A stretch of DNA of 33,087 bases from Elusimicrobiota bacterium. Lineage in GTDB: Bacteria; Elusimicrobiota; Elusimicrobia; UBA1565. The notes under the pieces were generated by a model. It did not search any database. It was not told the DNA's origin and saw nothing but the letters and a program-made list of their open reading frames with translations. Where the stretch lies: the NCBI GenBank assembly GCA_043819795.1, contig JBDREN010000202.1, forward strand, positions 1 through 33,087, given 5' to 3'. Each line of letters begins with the position of its first letter. Within the stretch, counting starts at the first letter, position 1. Below, one piece after another: positions 9,010 through 17,143 of this stretch. Made by a program: the position numbers and the translations under genes.

Positions 9010-10895
9010 CCATGAAAGCGTTCAAGACCATCGAAGATTTCGAGGAGACCGCCGCCCACCTGGGCAGGCAGGGCTCCGGGACCACCGTCCCGACCGTGAC
9101 CATTTCGTCGGGCACGTGCGGGCGGGCCCGCGGCTCGGACAAGGTCGTGGAGGCCTTCCGCTCCGAGATCGCCAAGCGCAAGCTGGCCGACAAGGTCAGG
9201 CTCCGCGTGACCGGCTGCCACGGCTTCTGCCAGGTGGAGCCCACGGTGGTGGTGGACCCCGCGGGGATCCTGTACCAGGGCGTGGGCGTAGGCGACGTGC
9301 CCGAGATCCTGGAGCGGACGGTCCTTAAGGGCGAGACGATCGAGCGCCTGCTCTACACCGACACCAAGAAGAAGACCCACGCCCGCGAGGCCGACATCCC
9401 CTTCTACAAGAAGCAGGACCGCCGGATCCTCTCCCAGAACAAGCTGGTGGACCCCACGCGCATAGACGACTACATCGCCATCGGCGGGTACTCGGCTCTG
9501 GCCAAGACCCTCGAGGGCATGTCCCCCGAGAAGGTCATCGCCGAGGTCAAGACCTCCGGCCTGCGGGGCCGGGGCGGCGCGGGCTTCCCCACGGGCGCCA
9601 AGTGGGAGTTCTGCCGCAACGCCGCGGGCGAGGCCAAGTACGTCATCTGCAACGCCGACGAGGGCGACCCGGGCGCCTACATGGACCGCAGCGTGCTCGA
9701 GGGCAACCCCCACAGCGTGCTCGAGGGAATGATCATCGGCGCCTACGCCATCGGCGCGCGGAAGGGCTACGTCTACGTCCGCATGGAATACCCCCTCGCG
9801 ATCGAGCACGTGGCCCTCGCCATCCAGTCCGCCAAGGAGCGCGGGCTCCTGGGCCCGGACATCATGGGCTCGGGCTTCGGCTTCGAGGTCGAGATCTGCC
9901 GGGGCGCCGGCGCCTTCGTGTGCGGCGAGGAGACCGCTCTCATCGCCTCGATCGAGGGCAAGCGCGGCATGCCGCGGCCGCGGCCGCCCTACCCGGCCCA
10001 GAGCGGGCTCTGGGGCAAGCCCACCAACATCAACAACGTGGAGAGCTGGGCGAACATCCCCCTCATCGTCCGCAAAGGCGGCGACGAGTACGCCAAGACC
10101 GGCACCAAGACAGCCAAGGGGACGAAGATCTTCTCCTTGGTCGGCAAGATCAACAACACGGGCTTGGTAGAGGTCCCCATGGGCATCACCCTGAGGGAGA
10201 TCGTCGAGGACATCGGCGGCGGGACCCCCAAGGGCAAGAAGTTCAAGGCCGTGCAGACCGGCGGGCCTTCCGGCGGCTGCATCCCGGCCAAGCACCTGGA
10301 CCTGCCCGTGGACTACGACAGCCTGGCCAAGGCCGGCTCCATCATGGGCTCGGGCGGCATGATCGTCATGGACGAGACCACCTGCATGGTGGACGTGGCC
10401 CACTACTTCCTCAGCTTCACCCAGGAGGAGTCCTGCGGCAAGTGCACCCCGTGCCGGGTCGGCACCCGCCAGATGGTGGACATCCTCGCCAAGATCAAGC
10501 GCGGCGAGGGCACGCGCCAGGACATCACCCAGCTCGAGCAGCTGGCCAAGATGGTCAAGCTCACCTCGCTCTGCGGCCTCGGCCAGACGGCCCCCAACCC
10601 CGTCTTGACCACCCTGCGCTACTTCCGCGACGAGTACGAGGCCCACGTCAACGAGAAGACGTGCCCGGCGCTGGTATGCAAGGACCTCGTGCAGTACGAG
10701 ATCCTCGAGAGCAAGTGCGTGGGCTGCACGCTCTGCGCCAAGGAGTGCGCCTCCCAGGCGATCTCGGGCGAGGCCAAGAAGCCCCACACGATCGACCAGG
10801 AAAAATGCATCCGCTGCGGCGTATGCATGACCGTCTGCCCCGAGAAGGTGGCGGCGGTCGTCAAGAAATCCCCAGCCAAGGTGGCGGTAGCATGA
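9006..10895 (+). CDS. NuoF/HydB-like FMN/NADH-binding subunit with N-terminal thioredoxin-like FeS domain and C-terminal 2x[4Fe-4S]
   Basis: GCHGFC, GLRGRGGAGF, NADEGDPG, FVCGEETAL, TGGPSGG, ESCGKCTPCRVG..SLCG, HVNEKTCPALVC, two CxxCxxCxxxC motifs. ATGA overlap at 9006. Confidence 0.93.
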   Translation: MTMKAFKTIEDFEETAAHLGRQGSGTTVPTVTISSGTCGRARGSDKVVEAFRSEIAKRKLADKVRLRVTGCHGFCQVEPTVVVDPAGILYQGVGVGDVPEILERTVLKGETIERLLYTDTKKKTHAREADIPFYKKQDRRILSQNKLVDPTRIDDYIAIGGYSALAKTLEGMSPEKVIAEVKTSGLRGRGGAGFPTGAKWEFCRNAAGEAKYVICNADEGDPGAYMDRSVLEGNPHSVLEGMIIGAYAIGARKGYVYVRMEYPLAIEHVALAIQSAKERGLLGPDIMGSGFGFEVEICRGAGAFVCGEETALIASIEGKRGMPRPRPPYPAQSGLWGKPTNINNVESWANIPLIVRKGGDEYAKTGTKTAKGTKIFSLVGKINNTGLVEVPMGITLREIVEDIGGGTPKGKKFKAVQTGGPSGGCIPAKHLDLPVDYDSLAKAGSIMGSGGMIVMDETTCMVDVAHYFLSFTQEESCGKCTPCRVGTRQMVDILAKIKRGEGTRQDITQLEQLAKMVKLTSLCGLGQTAPNPVLTTLRYFRDEYEAHVNEKTCPALVCKDLVQYEILESKCVGCTLCAKECASQAISGEAKKPHTIDQEKCIRCGVCMTVCPEKVAAVVKKSPAKVAVA

Positions 10896-13381
10896 TCCAT
10901 CTAAACATAGACGGCCGTAAGATATCGGTGGAGCCGGGCGCGACGGTTCTCGACGCCGCCCGCAAGGCCGGCGTCAACGTTCCGACGCTGTGCGACCACG
11001 CGGGCCTGTCCCCGTTCGGGGCCTGCCGGCTCTGCATCGTGGAGGTCGAAGGCAAGCCGGGCGTGTCGGCCTCCTGCAGCACGCCGGCGGCCGACGGAAT
11101 GACGGTGCTCACCGATACCGAGAACCTCCGGGCCCTGCGCAAGGGGATCATGGAGCTCCTCATCAGCGAGCACCCCAACTCGTGCTTGATCTGCGCGGAC
11201 AAGATGGACTGCTGGGAGAACCACGAGTGCACCCGCCGCGCCGAGATCACCACGGGCTGCAAGTTCTGCCCCCAGACCGGCCGCTGCGAGTTCCAAAACG
11301 CCGTGCACCAGGTCTACGGCGACAAGGGCGCGTCCACGAAGCTCCCCTCCCGCTACAAGAACATCCCCGTGGAGCGGCGCGACCCCTTCATCGACCAGGA
11401 CGACAACCTCTGCATCCTGTGCGGGCGCTGCGTCCGGGCCTGCGCCGACGTGGAGATGAACAACGTGCTGGACTTCATGCACCGCGGCAGCCAGTCGCGG
11501 GTGGGCACTCCCTTCAACCGGCCCCTGACCGAGTCCGGCTGCGTGTTCTGCGGAGCCTGCGTGGACGTATGCCCCACCGGCTCGCTCTCCGAGAGGGTCC
11601 GGCGCTGGGAAGGCCCGGCCGAGAGCAGCATCGCCTCGACCTGCTCCTACTGCAGCGTGGGCTGCCAGCTAGAGCTCGGCGTCAAGGGCGGCCGCGTCGT
11701 GGACTCGACGCCCCGCCGTGACGGCTCGCTCAACGAGGGCCACGCCTGCGTGCGCGGGCGGTTCTCGGTCGTCGAGTTCACCCGCAGCGTCAAGCGGCTC
11801 AAGCACCCCATGGTAAGAAGGAACGGCGAGCTCATCGAGGTCCCCTGGGAGACCGCCGTCAACGCCGTCGCCGAGGGCATTTTGCGCTCCAAGCCCGAGA
11901 AGTCGGCTGTCGTCTATTCCGGCAGCTGCTCCAACGAGGACGTCTACGCGGCGCACAAGTTCGCGCGGGACGTCATGAAGACTAAGAACGTGGACAACTC
12001 GCTCAGGCTCTCCTACGGCCCGCTGACCGACGGCGAGGGCGCCGGCGCCCCCGCGGCCCGGATCGCGGACCTGGCCGACGCCGCGGCCGTGCTCATCGTG
12101 GGCGCGGACCCCGACTTCTCGCACCCGGTGCTCGCCCACAAGATCAAGAAGTCCGTCAGCCAGGGGAAGACCCGGCTGGTGATCATGAGCCCCTCGGCCT
12201 CGCGCCTCTCCCCCTTGGCGGCGTGCGAAATCCGCTACGCCCCGGGCGCGGAGAAGGACACGCTCGACCTCCTGCGCGCGCGCGCGGTCCGCAAGAAGGT
12301 CGCCGAGTCCAACGGGCACATCGACATCGCGGCCAAGATACTCAGGCGGGCCGGGTCGGTCGTCATCGTCTACGGCACCGGGCTCATGCGGCGCATGGAT
12401 GGGGCCGCGAACAGGGACGCGGTGGCGGCCCTGGCCAAGGCCGTGTCGGCCAAGGTCATGCCGCTCTTCAGCCGCGCCAACGACCGCGGCGCCCAGGAGA
12501 TCGCCGCGTCCTTCGAGGCCGGCGGCTTGAGGACGCCCGAGATCTTCCAAGCGGCGCGCTGCGCCAAGGAGCCCCTGGACTTCCTGTATCTGGTGGGCGA
12601 GGACGTTCCCCCGGGCGACTACAAGGCCAAGTTCACGGTGGTGCAGGACATGTTCCTGCCCGCCGAGGCCGGCAAGTTCGCGGACGTGGTGTTCCCGGTC
12701 GCCGGCTTCGTGGAGGCCGAGGGCACCTACGTTAACCTGGAGGGCCGCATCCAGCGCGCGCGCCGGGCGGCCAAGCCCCTGGGGACCTCCAAGACCGACT
12801 GGGAGATCCTCGCGGCCGTGGCCAAGAAGATCGGGGCCGCGGGCTTCGAGTACGCCGAGGCCTCCGAGATCATGACGGAGCTCGCCAAGAACGTGCCCTT
12901 CTTCAAGGGCGTGACCTTCAAGGCGCTCTCGAAGGAAGGCGCCACGTACGGCAAGCCGGCCAAGGCCGGCAAGAAGGTCAAGGCGAAGAAGCGCTCCGGG
13001 CTTCGCATGGAGCACCCGGAGCGGCCGGACAAGAACTATCCCTTCTCGCTGGTGGCCGAGTACGACGAGTTCGCTTATAAGTCCACGCCCCTGGCCGCGC
13101 AGGTGCCGGGGATCGCGAGGATCCAGCAGCCCGCGGCCGTGGTGCTCAGCCCCCGCGACGCGGAGTCCATGGGCATCGGCAGCGGGACGCCGGTGAGCGT
13201 CATCTCCCGCAGGGGCCGCCTGGCGGCCAAGGCGGTGGTCTCCCAGGACGCCCGCGAGGGCGTGGCCAGGATGGTGGCCCGCGGCGGGGAAGCCTCCCCG
13301 GCGCTCGTCATGAACGGCCTCCTGGACCCGGCGAGCAAGTCGCCCGACGAGATGTGCGCGGTGCGGATCGAGAAGCTATAA
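10892..13381 (+). CDS. FdhA/NuoG-like multi-FeS molybdopterin-oxidoreductase-fold subunit, catalytic residues absent
   Basis: N-terminal [2Fe-2S] (PTLC..GACRLC..SC), HxxxCxxC, 2x[4Fe-4S], CSYCSVGC..C cluster, and a Mo-bisPGD-type body (VQDMF...ADVVFP...EAEGTYVNLEGRIQ). RLSY replaces RL(C/U)H. True start is the ATGA overlap at 10892. Confidence 0.88.
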   Translation: MIHLNIDGRKISVEPGATVLDAARKAGVNVPTLCDHAGLSPFGACRLCIVEVEGKPGVSASCSTPAADGMTVLTDTENLRALRKGIMELLISEHPNSCLICADKMDCWENHECTRRAEITTGCKFCPQTGRCEFQNAVHQVYGDKGASTKLPSRYKNIPVERRDPFIDQDDNLCILCGRCVRACADVEMNNVLDFMHRGSQSRVGTPFNRPLTESGCVFCGACVDVCPTGSLSERVRRWEGPAESSIASTCSYCSVGCQLELGVKGGRVVDSTPRRDGSLNEGHACVRGRFSVVEFTRSVKRLKHPMVRRNGELIEVPWETAVNAVAEGILRSKPEKSAVVYSGSCSNEDVYAAHKFARDVMKTKNVDNSLRLSYGPLTDGEGAGAPAARIADLADAAAVLIVGADPDFSHPVLAHKIKKSVSQGKTRLVIMSPSASRLSPLAACEIRYAPGAEKDTLDLLRARAVRKKVAESNGHIDIAAKILRRAGSVVIVYGTGLMRRMDGAANRDAVAALAKAVSAKVMPLFSRANDRGAQEIAASFEAGGLRTPEIFQAARCAKEPLDFLYLVGEDVPPGDYKAKFTVVQDMFLPAEAGKFADVVFPVAGFVEAEGTYVNLEGRIQRARRAAKPLGTSKTDWEILAAVAKKIGAAGFEYAEASEIMTELAKNVPFFKGVTFKALSKEGATYGKPAKAGKKVKAKKRSGLRMEHPERPDKNYPFSLVAEYDEFAYKSTPLAAQVPGIARIQQPAAVVLSPRDAESMGIGSGTPVSVISRRGRLAAKAVVSQDAREGVARMVARGGEASPALVMNGLLDPASKSPDEMCAVRIEKL

Positions 13382-13398
13382 GATAAACTGAGGACACT

Positions 13399-14229
13399 AT
13401 GCATAAGATTATAGAGCGAAGGCGGCTCGTCCCTAATATCCATCTCCTGAGGGTCGAGGCCCCCGAGATCGTCAAGCGGGTCCAGCCCGGCAACTTCGTG
13501 GTGGTCAAGATAGACGAGAAGGCCGAGCGCGTGCCGCTCACCGTGGCGGACTGGGACGTGGATACGGGCGTGCTCTCGATCGTCGTCATGACGGTCGGCG
13601 CCTCCACCCACCGCCTGGCGCGGCTCAACGCCGGCGACGAGATCGAGGCCTGCGTGGGCCCCCTGGGCCGGACCGCCGACATCGCCAAGGTCGGCACGGT
13701 CGCGGTCGTGATGGGCTGCTACGGCATCGGCGCGATCCTGCCGGTGGCGCGGGCGCTCAAGAAGGCGGGCAACCGCGTGATCGCCATCATGGAGGCCCGC
13801 ACCAAGGAGCTGCTTTACTGGGTGGACAAGCACCAGGACTACGCCGACGAGATCCACCTGACGACCTTCGACGGGTCCAGGGGCGACACCGGCCGCGTCT
13901 CGGACGTGGTGGACCGCATCCTGAAGGACGGGACGAAGATCGACCGGGCCGTGGTCCAGGGCTGCACCTTCATGATGATGAAGTCCTGCGAGGCCACCCG
14001 GCCCCACCAGATCAAGACGACCGTGAGCCTCAACCCCGTGATGATAGACGGGACCGGCATGTGCGGCGTGTGCCGCTGCTCGATCGCGGGCAAGACGAAG
14101 TTCGCCTGCGTGGACGGCCCGGATTTCGACGGGCACGAAGTGGACTGGAAGGAGCTGGTCTCGCGGCGGCGCTCGTACCTCGACGAGGAAGTGCGTTCCC
14201 TTTCCGAGTACGAATGCCGCAGCTGCTGA
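13399..14229 (+). CDS. nfnA: NfnA/SudB (PyrK-like FAD/[2Fe-2S]) small subunit, atypical NAD-domain motifs
   Basis: PGNFV..ERVPLTVAD, GPLG, SLNPVMIDGTGMCGVCR..FACVDGPDFDG. GAGG RBS. Confidence 0.88.
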   Translation: MHKIIERRRLVPNIHLLRVEAPEIVKRVQPGNFVVVKIDEKAERVPLTVADWDVDTGVLSIVVMTVGASTHRLARLNAGDEIEACVGPLGRTADIAKVGTVAVVMGCYGIGAILPVARALKKAGNRVIAIMEARTKELLYWVDKHQDYADEIHLTTFDGSRGDTGRVSDVVDRILKDGTKIDRAVVQGCTFMMMKSCEATRPHQIKTTVSLNPVMIDGTGMCGVCRCSIAGKTKFACVDGPDFDGHEVDWKELVSRRRSYLDEEVRSLSEYECRSC

Positions 14230-14279
14230 AGCGGAAACCGAATACCCACCGACATCGTTACCCAACGAGGAGCCATTCA

Positions 14280-16985
14280 ATGATGAAGAGCGTGTATCTG
14301 TTCGCGAAGGGAAAGGCCGAAGGGAAGGCCGGCATGAAGGAGATCCTGGGCGGCAAGGGAGCCAACCTGGCCGAGATGACCAATCTGGGCATCCCGGTGC
14401 CCCCGGGCTTCACCATCTCCACCGAGGAGTGCCTCAACTATTACAGGAAGGGCAAGAAGCTCACCGATAGCCTCAAGAGAGAGGTGATCGCGAACCTGAA
14501 GAAGGTCGAGAAGGTGATGGGTAAGAAGTACGCCGCCCCCGCGGACCCGCTGCTCTTCTCGGTCCGCTCCGGCGCCCGGGTCTCCATGCCCGGCATGATG
14601 GACACCGTCTTGAACCTGGGCCTCAACGAGAAGGTGGTCGAGGGCCTGGCCAAGAAGACGGGCAACGCCCGCTTCGCGTGGGACTCCTACCGCCGCTTCA
14701 TCCAGATGTACTCGAACGTGGTCATGGGCCTGCCCGGCCACGTGCTCGAGCACGTGCTCGACAAGAAGAAGAAGGCCCGCGGCGTCAGAAACGACACCGA
14801 GCTGACGGTGGACGACCTCAGGGACATCGTCAAGAGCTACCTGCCGCTCGTCAAGCAGAAGACGGGCAAGCCCTTCCCGACCGAGCCCATGCAGCAGCTC
14901 TGGGGCGCGATCTCGGCGGTGTTCGGCTCCTGGAACATCCCCCGGGCCGTGTCCTACCGGCGCCTCCACAAGATCCCCGACACGTGGGGCACGGCGGTCA
15001 ACGTGCAGTCCATGGTCTTCGGCAACAAGGGCGAGGGCTCGGCCACGGGCGTGGCCTTCACGCGCGACCCGGGCACGGGCGAGCGGAAGTTCTTCGGCGA
15101 GTTCCTGACCAACGCGCAGGGCGAGGACGTGGTGGCCGGCATCCGGACCCCGCAGCCCATCAACAGGGGCGCCAACGGTGGGTCCGCGAACAACACGCTG
15201 GAGGACGTCCTTCCCAAGCAATACAAGCAGCTCGAGGGCATCTACCACCGCCTCGAGAGGCATTATAAAGAGATGCAGGACATCGAGTTCACGATCGAGG
15301 AAGGCACGCTCTGGATGCTCCAGACGCGCACGGGCAAGCGCACCGCCCAGGCCGCGATCCGAATCGCCTGCGAGATGGTGGACGAGGGCCTGATCAACGA
15401 GAAGCAGGCGGTCCTGCGGGTCCAGCCGGACCAGCTCGACCAGCTGCTGCACCCTACGCTCGACCCGAAAGCCCCGAAGACGCAGATCGCCAAGGGCCTG
15501 GCGGCGAGCCCGGGCGCGGCCTCCGGCAAGGCGGTCTTCACGGCCGAGCAGGCCGTTGAAGAGGCCCACAACGGCGAGAAGGTGATCTTGGTCCGGCTCG
15601 AGACCTCGCCCGAGGACATCGAGGGGATGGCGGTCGCGCAGGCGATCCTGACGGCCCGGGGCGGCAAGACGTCCCACGCGGCGGTCGTGGCCCGCGGCAT
15701 GGGCAAGTGCTGCGTGTGCGGCTGCAACGACATCACGGTCAAGGGCGACAGCTTCACGACCGAGGGCGGCAAGACGATCAAGAAGGGCGATTGGATCACC
15801 CTGGACGGCTCGGTCGGCTTCGTCTATGAAGGCCGGATCCCGACCACGGACCCGGAGCTCGACAAGAACTTCCACCGCCTGATGGGCTGGGCCGACAAGA
15901 TCCGGCGCCTGGGCGTGCGCACCAACGCGGACACGCCGAAGGACTCGAAGGCGGCCCGCGATTTCGGCGCGGAGGGCATCGGCCTGACCCGGACCGAGCA
16001 TATGTTCTTCGAGGGCGAGCGGATCATGGCGGTCCGCGAGATGATCCTGTCCGCGAACAAGGCCGGCCGCGAGAGGGCGCTCAAGAAGCTGATCAAGCAC
16101 CAGCGCAACGACTTCAAGGGGATCTTGAAGGCGATGGAAGGCCTGCCGGTGACGATCCGCCTGCTGGACCCGCCCCTCCACGAGTTCCTGCCCCAGGAGA
16201 AGGGGCAGATCCAGGAAGTGGCCAAGACGATGGGCGTGCCCTACGATACGCTGGTCAACAAGATCCAGTCACTCCACGAGTTAAACCCCATGCTGGGGCA
16301 CCGGGGCTGCCGGCTGGGCATAGTGTACCCGGAGATCACCCGGATGCAGGCGCGGGCGATATTCGAGGCGACGGCCGAGCTGACCAAGAAGAAGGTGAAG
16401 GTGCTTCCCGAGGTGATGGTCCCCCTGACCGGCACGGTCGAGGAGATGGACGACCAGGCCAAGCACATCCACGAGGTGGCGGCCGAGGTGAAGAAGGAGA
16501 CGGGCGTCAACTTCAAGTACATGGTCGGGACGATGATCGAGATCCCGAGAGCGGCGATCACGGCCGCGAAGGTGGCGAAGTCCTCCGAGTTCTTCTCGTT
16601 CGGGACCAACGACCTCACCCAGATGACCTACGGCTACAGCCGCGACGACGCCGGGAAGTTCCTGCCCTACTACGTGCAGCACAAGATCCTGCCCGCGGAC
16701 CCGTTCCAGACCGTGGACCAGGAGGGCGTGGGATTTTTGATGAAGCACGCCGTCATCGAGGGAAGAAAGACCCGGCCCAAGCTCAAGTGCGGCATCTGCG
16801 GAGAGCACGGCGGCGACCCCGAGTCGGTGATCTTCTGCCACAACATCGGCCTCGACTACGTGAGCTGCTCGCCGTTCCGCGTGCCGATCGCGCGGTTGGC
16901 GGCCGCCCACGCGGTCCTGCGCGAGGAAGCCGGCAAGAAGGCGACGGCGGTCAAGAAGGGAAGGAAGCACCGCCGGTCCCGCTAG
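14280..16985 (+). CDS. ppdK: Pyruvate, phosphate dikinase
   Basis: LGGKGANLAEM, SVRSGARVSMPGMMDT, GEDVVAGIRTP, GGKTSHAAVVARG (phospho-His), TRTEHMF, FSFGTNDLTQ, GICGEHGG. GAGGAG RBS. Confidence 0.98.
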   Translation: MMKSVYLFAKGKAEGKAGMKEILGGKGANLAEMTNLGIPVPPGFTISTEECLNYYRKGKKLTDSLKREVIANLKKVEKVMGKKYAAPADPLLFSVRSGARVSMPGMMDTVLNLGLNEKVVEGLAKKTGNARFAWDSYRRFIQMYSNVVMGLPGHVLEHVLDKKKKARGVRNDTELTVDDLRDIVKSYLPLVKQKTGKPFPTEPMQQLWGAISAVFGSWNIPRAVSYRRLHKIPDTWGTAVNVQSMVFGNKGEGSATGVAFTRDPGTGERKFFGEFLTNAQGEDVVAGIRTPQPINRGANGGSANNTLEDVLPKQYKQLEGIYHRLERHYKEMQDIEFTIEEGTLWMLQTRTGKRTAQAAIRIACEMVDEGLINEKQAVLRVQPDQLDQLLHPTLDPKAPKTQIAKGLAASPGAASGKAVFTAEQAVEEAHNGEKVILVRLETSPEDIEGMAVAQAILTARGGKTSHAAVVARGMGKCCVCGCNDITVKGDSFTTEGGKTIKKGDWITLDGSVGFVYEGRIPTTDPELDKNFHRLMGWADKIRRLGVRTNADTPKDSKAARDFGAEGIGLTRTEHMFFEGERIMAVREMILSANKAGRERALKKLIKHQRNDFKGILKAMEGLPVTIRLLDPPLHEFLPQEKGQIQEVAKTMGVPYDTLVNKIQSLHELNPMLGHRGCRLGIVYPEITRMQARAIFEATAELTKKKVKVLPEVMVPLTGTVEEMDDQAKHIHEVAAEVKKETGVNFKYMVGTMIEIPRAAITAAKVAKSSEFFSFGTNDLTQMTYGYSRDDAGKFLPYYVQHKILPADPFQTVDQEGVGFLMKHAVIEGRKTRPKLKCGICGEHGGDPESVIFCHNIGLDYVSCSPFRVPIARLAAAHAVLREEAGKKATAVKKGRKHRRSR

Positions 16986-17005
16986 GACGGAAGCGGACGA
17001 TCCTC

Positions 17006-17046
17006 AGAAAGCCCGGGCAGCTTACGCTGCCCGGGCTTTCTTCTTC
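17006..17046 (+). terminator. Intrinsic terminator after ppdK
   Basis: 16-bp stem AGAAAGCCCGGGCAGC-TTAC-GCTGCCCGGGCTTTCT followed by TCTTC. Confidence 0.85.
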
Positions 17047-17143
17047 ATCACAAGGACCCGCGGGCCCCCGGCAATATCCGGACAGTCTTTGATACAATGC
17101 TTGTGCCCGGCCTTCACGGGCCTTCCGGACAACGGCGCTGGCC

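Noticed and set aside
9602..10891. N-terminal 430 aa of the 1259-aa ORF as a real overlapping extension
   Set aside because: Arg/Gly/Pro-rich off-frame read of the NuoF-like gene; the real protein starts at the ATGA overlap at 10892.
8551..13381. [FeFe]-hydrogenase HydABC, respiratory complex I, or true formate dehydrogenase
   Set aside because: No H-cluster motifs, no membrane nuo genes, and the FDH Cys/Sec-His and Arg are absent. No in-frame TGA for Sec.
5137..16970. Long minus-strand ORFs (5137-7173, 7097-8506, 8955-10787, 11669-13015, 14277-16181 and others)
   Set aside because: Antisense shadows of well-supported plus-strand genes, expected with high GC3; no motifs.
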